64,000 nt of DNA from a virus (lineage: Duplodnaviria; Caudoviricetes), in the IMG/VR virus record IMGVR_UViG_3300033067_001757, positions 64,001 through 128,000 of that record. One strand, 5' to 3'. The notes under the pieces are model-generated. The model ran no database searches and was not told where the DNA came from. It saw only the letters and a program-made list of their open reading frames with translations. Shown here piece by piece: positions 56,927-64,000 of this stretch. How positions within the stretch are numbered: the first letter of the stretch is position 1; every line of letters starts with the position of its first letter. The position numbers were made by a program, and so were the translations under genes.

Positions 56927-57526
56927 CTATACTATATCGAGGTTATGTTTCCAGTAATCCTTATCAAATGATTTGATCACTCTTTCCATTAATTGATTGG
57001 AAGATTCTAGTGGTCCTTCCGCATCAGGTTTTAATATCTCAATTACTGAATTGATTTGATCAGGAGTAAAGCTGGCTGGTAGAAATTTCTTAATTGAGGA
57101 TTCATCTTCCTCAGCTATGGCTTTCAATAAGCCTTTAGAGGATGATTCAAATTGAGAAGGAATTAATTCTATCTTTAAATTGATAAACTTGTCGAAATGC
57201 TTTGTGAATGATTCTTTTCTACCAGAAGCCTCATCAATAGCAATGTAGTATTCATCGGTGGGATGTTTCAACATCTTATTATAAACATACATCAAGGCCG
57301 TGGTATCTTCCGATTGTTCAATGTGTATGTTTGTAGCGAACTCGGAGCTTAATAACATTTTCCATAGATCAGCCTTATCATCCTGTGATATCTGATCAGT
57401 TTGATCTTTACCGAGCACAATAACCACTTCGTAAATATTTTCACGCCTGGTAAGATATTGAGCAGTATTGAGATGTTGAACAACTGGGGGATTAAATTTC
57501 CCGGGAAAAAAACATATACCTTTCAT
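56927..57526 (-). CDS. Nucleotidyltransferase-fold (cytidylyltransferase/NMNAT-like) protein with degenerate HxGH motif
   Basis: FFPGKFNPPVVQH where GxFxPxHxGH is expected; C-terminal SS...LP. Confidence 0.6.
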   Translation of the reverse strand: MKGICFFPGKFNPPVVQHLNTAQYLTRRENIYEVVIVLGKDQTDQISQDDKADLWKMLLSSEFATNIHIEQSEDTTALMYVYNKMLKHPTDEYYIAIDEASGRKESFTKHFDKFINLKIELIPSQFESSSKGLLKAIAEEDESSIKKFLPASFTPDQINSVIEILKPDAEGPLESSNQLMERVIKSFDKDYWKHNLDIV

Positions 57527-57540
57527 AGTATATATAAATA

Positions 57541-57771
57541 TCAGGATACAGTCTTAACTAACTCATACCCAAAACGAACAGTATTACGCAACTGTTTAAG
57601 TAAATCATTAGTAAGTATTATGACCCCTGTTTTCTCATCATTTCCAAGTACTGTCTGATGTACTTCAATATAATGAATAATTTGTTCCAGACTACCAAAA
57701 TGATATGAATCCGGATCGGTATACATATATTGAGAGGAAGTGGCTCCTTCTGGATATAAATCGTTGATCAT
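57541..57771 (-). CDS. Hypothetical protein
   Basis: 76-aa ORF in the primase operon. Confidence 0.55.
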   Translation of the reverse strand: MINDLYPEGATSSQYMYTDPDSYHFGSLEQIIHYIEVHQTVLGNDEKTGVIILTNDLLKQLRNTVRFGYELVKTVS

Positions 57772-57774
57772 GTG

Positions 57775-58305
57775 TTAATCCTTTAAAAGTTCGGCCTTAA
57801 AACTTGAAATCGATGTCTTGATACACGGTAATATCTCAACCACTTCACCGGTACTTTCGTCCAGAACCTTCACCGGCTTCTTGATAGTTTTTAGATAATC
57901 TTCCCGATCTTTTATTTGATCCTTCAGATCACTCAATTTATGTTGAAAATCATTCCATACAGTATCGTTGCAGGCTGAATAATCATATGTCGTTCCAGTC
58001 TCGGCCAATGTAAATACAGTACCGTTCTTACTGGAATACTTTTTACCATCATCAGCATTCTTTTGAATTTCGTCGCGTACCAATGATGAAAAACCATTCT
58101 TACCCATATCATCAGTACAGGATTTCAAAGCTTTATAAGTATCTTCTACATATTTGAATGCTTCAACGATATCGACAGCATTTACCTCACCATCCATTAT
58201 TTTCTGATAGAAATTAGCGGCTGTTTGAGCTGCACCTTGTTTTGATACGACTACCGGTGCGGAGTATTTTGTTTTGTCGAGACTGAATATTAAATCTTGT
58301 GTCAT
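57775..58305 (-). CDS. Hypothetical phage protein
   Basis: 176 aa, overlaps the primase stop; YDYSAC.D..W followed by a coiled coil. Confidence 0.65.
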   Translation of the reverse strand: MTQDLIFSLDKTKYSAPVVVSKQGAAQTAANFYQKIMDGEVNAVDIVEAFKYVEDTYKALKSCTDDMGKNGFSSLVRDEIQKNADDGKKYSSKNGTVFTLAETGTTYDYSACNDTVWNDFQHKLSDLKDQIKDREDYLKTIKKPVKVLDESTGEVVEILPCIKTSISSFKAELLKD

Positions 58306-59246
58306 AATGATAATTTTAATTGCATGATCTTGGTCAGAGACAGCTTCTCTGCTGTATGTATATTATTTGTAAAATTCTCGAAGCCCATCTCTCCTGGATC
58401 CTTATATCCTTTTAAGTCTACCAGATATACCTGTTTACCATAAGTAATAAAAGTCTCACAATGTTTAAGAGCCATCTTAATGGCATCTGGATCGAGTGCT
58501 ATATAGAGTTTTTTGACCTTGGAATTAATGAGCTTCTTCATCAGGTTCTGAGTAATGGATTTACCCAGCAACGGTATAGCATTCCGTTTAATTGAAAACA
58601 TATCGAATACTCCTTCACATAATACAATAGGAGCATCCCAGTTAATGTTCATCTCGTTAAAAACGATATCACGGCTTACTTGTGGATATTTGTATTTTAA
58701 CCAGGTGGTTTCATCAAATGATCTTCCTACAAAGAAGTTCATCTTACCGTTACAATCGTATGAAGGAATGATTATTCTTTCGGCATACGGACCGTCATCA
58801 CAGTATCCTATCTGATACTTTACAATGTCTTCCGATGTAATACCACGTCTTTTTAAATACACCCGGGCATGTTTGGCCAGTATATCGGATGATTTGGCTT
58901 CAGGTAAGAAAACATACTCCGCTGGTAACAAGCCATCAAAAACCTTATAATCAGCTTCATTAAGGTCAGTTCGTACAATAAGCTTATCAAGCTTATCAAC
59001 TACCTCTCTCGAGGCCCCCATACGCCTTAAAAGGCTGCGAACCTTTTTACCGGAAGCATTACAAGCCCAACAGTGCCATTTATTCTGTCCTTCTGAATCC
59101 GTAACAATATCAACTTCAAGACGTTTGTTACCATTTCTGGAAGAATTACAATCTGTAAAAGGACAGAAGTACTTTCTGTTGGTTTTTGTAGATTTCTCAC
59201 CACCGCGTAGAACTGTATCGAGGAGACCGGATAGGATGTTTTCCAA
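58302..59246 (-). CDS. DNA primase (zinc finger plus TOPRIM; TTG start)
   Basis: CPF..C...WHCWAC, YLKRRGI, RIIIP, FVGR, LCEGVFD, ALDPDA and KDPGE. Confidence 0.92.
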   Translation of the reverse strand: MENILSGLLDTVLRGGEKSTKTNRKYFCPFTDCNSSRNGNKRLEVDIVTDSEGQNKWHCWACNASGKKVRSLLRRMGASREVVDKLDKLIVRTDLNEADYKVFDGLLPAEYVFLPEAKSSDILAKHARVYLKRRGITSEDIVKYQIGYCDDGPYAERIIIPSYDCNGKMNFFVGRSFDETTWLKYKYPQVSRDIVFNEMNINWDAPIVLCEGVFDMFSIKRNAIPLLGKSITQNLMKKLINSKVKKLYIALDPDAIKMALKHCETFITYGKQVYLVDLKGYKDPGEMGFENFTNNIHTAEKLSLTKIMQLKLSL

Positions 59247-59251
59247 AACCT

Positions 59252-59812
59252 TTATTTAATTATAAGTCCTCTACCAACAAGATAATCAAACCATTCTTGT
59301 AATTTTTCATTAACCTTATCTTCAGCATCATGATCTCTCTTTTCGATGTATAATTTGTCAGCGGCTAAAGACATTTTATATTTTGTATCATCTATATTGT
59401 GAGTAAGAATAGTAAAATACATTCTATTCTTTTGACCATCAAAATCTCTTTTATCTGTAGGTACCTTATCATCACCAAACACTTCAAGTCTATCAGGATC
59501 TTTTTCTTTAAGAAACTGATTAACTGCTGCTATTACAGTATAAATGATTTTCATTAAGTGACTGAGTGGAACTGTCTTATGCTTTTTAGTATTATTATCA
59601 CTATATGAATATCCAACGTTATACACTTTACGAGAGGCTTTTTCAAACTTTATCTGTACCTTGTCACCGTCTATATCATCAAAATAAGCTACAAAATCAA
59701 ATACTTTCGGTATAAATTCAAATTCGGTTTGAAGAGGTTGATACCTTTCTCCTATCTCGGTAATAATTTTGCCATATCTCTGTTTGGAGATTTCTAAATT
59801 CCATATTGCCAT
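59252..59812 (-). CDS. Hypothetical protein, paralog of 9608..10096
   Basis: YNVGY...LMKIIYTV...FL....PD.L...QKNRMY. Confidence 0.6.
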   Translation of the reverse strand: MAIWNLEISKQRYGKIITEIGERYQPLQTEFEFIPKVFDFVAYFDDIDGDKVQIKFEKASRKVYNVGYSYSDNNTKKHKTVPLSHLMKIIYTVIAAVNQFLKEKDPDRLEVFGDDKVPTDKRDFDGQKNRMYFTILTHNIDDTKYKMSLAADKLYIEKRDHDAEDKVNEKLQEWFDYLVGRGLIIK

Positions 59813-59820
59813 AAGTTCTA

Positions 59821-59852
59821 CAAATATATGACAAGTTCTCTAAACTACCAAA
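59821..59852 (-). promoter_or_regulatory. Bacteroidota sigma-A type promoter for the primase operon
   Basis: TTTG-N20-TATATTTG on the minus strand. Confidence 0.75.
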
Positions 59853-60295
59853 TCCTTTTTAAAAAAATGGCCAGATATGTTATTATTATATGAGTTATCA
59901 GATTCAAGTACTCGGTGAAGTATCTGATATTTTATCTCAAAATAGGTGAGCTGCTTTTTTGAGAATGCTATTTCGAGTATCTCTCGTTTGAATAAAGAAG
60001 GTCCTAAAGACTTGACTTCCTCTTTGAGAACTGGTTCGCTTGAATAATATGTTTTCCAGTCACTCTCCTTTACTACCTTTTTCTTGGAAAGTTTCTTCCC
60101 AGGCTTCTTGAGAGCAGCCTGAGCTTCAAGTTCTTTCTTACCAAGTTTGATGTTTCGTGTCGAATGAATATTCTTCTTACCAATGTAGAACTTACCATCG
60201 GGACTATCTAACGATGTAATCTTATACACAAAACCTATTGCACCTTCTGGGAACTGATCAATATGATCTACAATGGATCCGCTGTAATGCCACAT
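59840..60295 (-). CDS. GIY-YIG family nuclease (short, no NUMOD tail)
   Basis: GFVYKIT...KFYIGKK, ESDWKTYYSS, FKREIL and YN.NI.G. Confidence 0.75.
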   Translation of the reverse strand: MWHYSGSIVDHIDQFPEGAIGFVYKITSLDSPDGKFYIGKKNIHSTRNIKLGKKELEAQAALKKPGKKLSKKKVVKESDWKTYYSSEPVLKEEVKSLGPSLFKREILEIAFSKKQLTYFEIKYQILHRVLESDNSYNNNISGHFFKKDLVV

Positions 60296-60323
60296 AAACT
60301 TTATTTCTAATAAATATCAGAGA

Positions 60324-60611
60324 CTACATGTCCCAGCGAATAAGGAAATTACTATCGGTATCCTGAGAGAGTGGAATTGGTTGAGAGAACTTAGCAATAG
60401 CCAGTAGTTCTTGTGCATCATTATAGAGACCTACGGTGGTAACATAAGGAGTAAATTCTGAACCTGTTACGAATTCTTTTACCTGACCGTTACTACCTGA
60501 ATAAATAGCAGATTTATTGTACGTATAATTAAACTCATATTCTTTGACAGAACATTTTATATTCTGCTCATAAAGAACCTGTTCGTTTTGAAAGCTTATA
60601 GTGAAGTCCAT
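60324..60611 (-). CDS. Baseplate/virion structural protein, C-terminal-type domain
   Basis: EFNY..N...PYVTTVGLYND..ELLAIAK.SQP tail-collar-like motif. Confidence 0.6.
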   Translation of the reverse strand: MDFTISFQNEQVLYEQNIKCSVKEYEFNYTYNKSAIYSGSNGQVKEFVTGSEFTPYVTTVGLYNDAQELLAIAKFSQPIPLSQDTDSNFLIRWDM

Positions 60612-62497
60612 TATTGTTTTGATGTATTTAGGAATTCAATCATCTGGAATATCGTATTACTACCACTTACATATTTAAGCGTAAAATCAGATCCAGATGT
60701 ATGTATACCACCCCAAGGGAAATTTGTTACATTGATACTGGCACTTACCCACGTTCCTGTATTTGAATTTACAAAACTCTGAGATGATCCTGAATATGTA
60801 AATGACCAGGCACCGCTTCCGGTATCACACCAAACGATTGACATTGAAACATTGTTTGAACCGGAAATAAACAAAGGATTCTCAAATCTAAAATACATCT
60901 CCCTGCTACCACTACCGACTAAATCAAACTTACGGGCATACCGACCATAAATACTTGAACTTACACCTACTCTATAAGCACCTAACGATGTAAAACTAGC
61001 GCTGATCTGAGTCATATTTAACTCGTAATTCTTCGGTACGTAATATCCAAAATCGTTATAATAAAGATTGTTATTTCCGAGCGAAGTATAATTAGCTCCT
61101 AATGAACCGGTAGCATATGTGTAAATCGCAGTTACCCGGGCTTGATTAAAGTATCCATTTATAAAGCGCTTATTGATAGTCCACTCTTTAAAATCGATAC
61201 TTTCACTTCCAGCAAGTACACTTGCTGTCATGTTATTATAACCAGTTACATCTGCCGGCGCTAATAAAACTCCATAACTCGCTGTTGGGAATCTTTCTTC
61301 ATCTGCATAATCGATTACATCCCTGAAAACCAATAATGCCCTGTTTGATATGTATGCATTTTTTGGTCCGGCATATAATCTAAATAAGTTTGCAGCTCGG
61401 TTACCAAGAGAAGTGGCCCACGGTTGAGGGAAATTAAACATACCGAGCCCACCTGCTATCGCATTTATAACAATCAACCAACTTTGTTGATTTGGTGCAT
61501 ATCCACTCGAAATATCTGTATCTCTATCTCCATACTCAGCACGACTTCTGAAATAATAATGTGGAGTATTTGCTATTTTCTTATTTCGATTATAATATAT
61601 AGTTTGCCCATCAAAAGTATAATCATGACCAAGATTACCTTGTTTGATAAAAGACCTCGGATATAATCCGGAAACATGTTCACTGTCACCTGCATCATTA
61701 CCTATATTTAGCATCAATCTCAAAGATGATGTAGCTTGAGTCAAATATTTTGACGCAGATGCCCATGACCGTTTTCTATAATCCTCCCAATCACTTCCAC
61801 TAATAGTAAAAGATGATATTACGGGAGTACCTTTATATGGATCTTCGTCGCCGGTTGTACCTTCTGCTATTTGCCAATACAAAAACTTATCTTTTACAGA
61901 TTGTGAATATGCTGCAAATTCAGCAGTTAAGTCTTGTAAAAATCCAATAAAATGATTCATATAATACGAAGATGTGTAAACAGGCCATGGTCCATTTATA
62001 CTACTACCTGTTGTATTAAATGTTCCAGAACCCGATAATACCCAATTCGGAGAATTCTGACCAACGTAAAACTCTAATCCAAAATAAATACTTGCAGATG
62101 TAAATACTGCAATTCTGTTTCTCAAATATGTCCAGTTATACGAACCTGAAACAGATGATACATCGCTCCAGTTAACTGTTAAATGAAACCCTGACAAAAT
62201 CAGACCGTTGTTTATAAACTGATTTATATTTGTAGATGGCATTGTACCAAATCCCCAACTTCCTAATACATTCGGATCGAAAGATGGAATTACCTGGTTC
62301 CATGTAGGCATATGACTATGACTTATATTTGGTTTTACCTGAACGTAAGAATATAAACTCGATGTATTCAGTACCCTATTTGAATAAGGTATAACCAAAT
62401 CTACACTCGTAGCACTAGATGATGCTACCAATTGACCAACTGATACTGATGAAGATATATCAGAAAAAGTAAATAGACTACCCGATCTTCTCATCAA
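60611..62497 (-). CDS. Virion-type glycoside-hydrolase-like protein (candidate depolymerase), paralog of 32299..34146
   Basis: Colinear blocks shared with the secreted paralog (YW..AEG.TGD..PYK..P, N.GND, IK.GN.GH, D.ID.AD..RFP...YG, YG..A..F); no signal peptide; SGS-rich. Confidence 0.62.
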   Translation of the reverse strand: MMRRSGSLFTFSDISSSVSVGQLVASSSATSVDLVIPYSNRVLNTSSLYSYVQVKPNISHSHMPTWNQVIPSFDPNVLGSWGFGTMPSTNINQFINNGLILSGFHLTVNWSDVSSVSGSYNWTYLRNRIAVFTSASIYFGLEFYVGQNSPNWVLSGSGTFNTTGSSINGPWPVYTSSYYMNHFIGFLQDLTAEFAAYSQSVKDKFLYWQIAEGTTGDEDPYKGTPVISSFTISGSDWEDYRKRSWASASKYLTQATSSLRLMLNIGNDAGDSEHVSGLYPRSFIKQGNLGHDYTFDGQTIYYNRNKKIANTPHYYFRSRAEYGDRDTDISSGYAPNQQSWLIVINAIAGGLGMFNFPQPWATSLGNRAANLFRLYAGPKNAYISNRALLVFRDVIDYADEERFPTASYGVLLAPADVTGYNNMTASVLAGSESIDFKEWTINKRFINGYFNQARVTAIYTYATGSLGANYTSLGNNNLYYNDFGYYVPKNYELNMTQISASFTSLGAYRVGVSSSIYGRYARKFDLVGSGSREMYFRFENPLFISGSNNVSMSIVWCDTGSGAWSFTYSGSSQSFVNSNTGTWVSASINVTNFPWGGIHTSGSDFTLKYVSGSNTIFQMIEFLNTSKQ

Positions 62498-63368
62498 TTA
62501 GTTTATATAGTTCTTGTACGGCTTTGAATAAAAGACCAATACTATTACTATTGTCCAGAACATTGTGATCCTTGGTAGCGATATATTCATGTGTATCATC
62601 TGCTATGATACCAATCTTAAATTGCCCCTGATGCTTCTTGTAATTATAACTGACAACATTAAGATTGTTAATGATATCAAGTGCGCTTGATGAAAATGGT
62701 AGAATGTTTTCTTTAAATTGTCTGGCTGATAGTTCATAAAAAGCCTGTGCTCTTACATCTCCGGTAAATGATCCTGAACCACTCACATTGAACGCCACGT
62801 TGTTTGACGAACCGCTTAGTACCAATACTACACCAGTCGGATATGTAGTCACAGATGTTGAACTACTGATAATCTGATATCCATTGGCCGTACTCGCCGA
62901 TATCTGGGCCAGTGTAACAAATTCATTAGATGATATCGCATTATTACCTGCAACTCTACCATTGAATGAACTGCTTCCAGATATAAGTAATGAAGCACTT
63001 ATTATTTGATTACCTGTAAATATATTTGACCCTGTACTTGCGAATGAAGCCGAGCTCACCAGATAGCTTGCAGTAAAAGAATTATAGTTGGATATTTGAG
63101 TTAAACTGGAAGTATTGAAGTAAGAGGCTGTTACTGCCAGATTTGCAGACGATGCACTTATCGCATATGAACTTGTAGTACTTCTGGAAGCTGATACAGC
63201 ATAACTCGCACTATAAGCATATGATGATGATATTAAAGATTGACTAACAAAAGCACCTAATCCGTTAAGCACATCATTCAGATGGCTTCCAGATATTGAT
63301 TTGTTACTATTTTGAATGATATATATGTTTATATCATCTATGACTTCCTGTAATGTAATGTATGACAT
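62478..63368 (-). CDS. Tail fibre protein with C-terminal intramolecular chaperone (peptidase S74-like)
   Basis: SARQFKENI...V.YNYK...IGIIA...L.KAVQEL; SASYA repeats. Confidence 0.78.
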   Translation of the reverse strand: MSYITLQEVIDDINIYIIQNSNKSISGSHLNDVLNGLGAFVSQSLISSSYAYSASYAVSASRSTTSSYAISASSANLAVTASYFNTSSLTQISNYNSFTASYLVSSASFASTGSNIFTGNQIISASLLISGSSSFNGRVAGNNAISSNEFVTLAQISASTANGYQIISSSTSVTTYPTGVVLVLSGSSNNVAFNVSGSGSFTGDVRAQAFYELSARQFKENILPFSSSALDIINNLNVVSYNYKKHQGQFKIGIIADDTHEYIATKDHNVLDNSNSIGLLFKAVQELYKLIDEKIG

Positions 63369-63384
63369 TTAAAAAATATTGTGC

Positions 63385-64000
63385 TTATGAAAATGAGTCA
63401 CCGAATGAATCACCAAAATCTCCTTGTTGAATGAAATTATTTCCAAATATATTTTGATAAAACTGGCTTGTTATTACCACCAAACCCTGACTATAAAATA
63501 TGTTTCCAACAAAATTATATGGTTCAGTAAAACGATCTACCAGGTTACCTTTACTATCGTCAATAATATCATACAATGACGACGATATGTTGAAGGTCCC
63601 TTTCTTAATAGCGTTGCCGTATATTCTTTTAGGAATCGAAACGACCTTTATAGTCTCCCCCGAACCGGTAGGAAAATACTTGCTCATATCATTCCACTTT
63701 CTATTATCATCATATGAACCAGATGCCCGGTAAACGGATGCTGATTCATAATTGTTACTTCTTAGTAAAGTGCTGTTATCAATAAATGATCCACTGAACT
63801 CCTGATAGAACATGTGATTGATCGTATTGAAAACAAGCTTGCTGTACTGATTGTTTTCTTGTGCATCATTATCAGGATCAAATAAAGATTGGTCTCTAAC
63901 CCCGGTATATACAAAAATATTATTCGTTGACAAAGAACCAGAGTCAAAAGACCAATGCTTATTAGCTGTATACGGTAGAACAAATACGTCTGATTTATTT
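63385..64000 (-). CDS. Virion/baseplate structural protein, 5'-truncated by the window edge
   Basis: The frame stays open upstream of the called TTG to the edge (NKSDVFVLPYTANKHWSFDSGSLSTNN); SIP...YG..IK.G.F, DDSKGNL and VGNIFY..G..VIT. Confidence 0.65.
   Translation of the reverse strand, partial: NKSDVFVLPYTANKHWSFDSGSLSTNNIFVYTGVRDQSLFDPDNDAQENNQYSKLVFNTINHMFYQEFSGSFIDNSTLLRSNNYESASVYRASGSYDDNRKWNDMSKYFPTGSGETIKVVSIPKRIYGNAIKKGTFNISSSLYDIIDDSKGNLVDRFTEPYNFVGNIFYSQGLVVITSQFYQNIFGNNFIQQGDFGDSFGDSFS

Noticed and set aside
270-63733. The many short plus-strand ORFs and nested minus-strand alternative-frame ORFs in the track
   Set aside because: They lie antisense to or inside clearly recognisable genes and show no motifs or promoters. 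Only 21329..21523 is retained.
1-64000. tRNA genes, CRISPR arrays or rRNA
   Set aside because: Intergenic gaps are short, and I saw no cloverleaf/TTCGA pattern or regularly spaced repeats. tRNAscan would be needed to exclude tRNAs formally.
1-64000. Stop-codon reassignment (alternative genetic code)
   Set aside because: Core genes are full length in the standard code, and TAA, TAG and TGA all end genes at expected positions.

Overview
This window is a 64-kb segment of a large T4-like (myovirus, contractile-tail) bacteriophage genome, with almost every gene on the minus strand. The host is very probably a Bacteroidota bacterium: six intergenic TTTG-N19/20-TAnnTTTG promoters are present and Shine-Dalgarno sites are not evident. 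Layout: (1) 1-15.5 kb holds nucleotide and replication genes: a NARP1-like NAD module (PRS-like, macrodomain, NAMPT-like), class II RNR, helicase, 5'-3' exonuclease, PP-loop Fe-S protein, ACP-like protein, RecA, SSB and a compact family-A polymerase. (2) 15.5-41 kb holds baseplate, tape measure, tail chaperones, tube, sheath, tail fibres and neck. (3) 41-57 kb holds PhoH, major capsid, scaffold, protease, portal, terminase and probable internal head proteins. (4) 57-64 kb holds primase and more virion genes. Three free-standing GIY-YIG homing endonucleases are present. Main observations: a [S/T]-[G/A/S]-S tripeptide is strongly enriched in predicted outward-facing virion protein regions, a candidate surface-modification sequon; a glycoside-hydrolase-like paralog pair (secreted copy with 0 motifs, virion-type copy with about 24) acts as an internal control for it; a probable +1 programmed frameshift lies in the tail chaperone; the NARP1-like operon includes a macrodomain; there is an ACP-like protein lacking the pantetheine serine; and 22 copies of a GATATTTAT late-promoter-like motif occur. 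All functional calls come from motif recognition by eye; no database searches were run.
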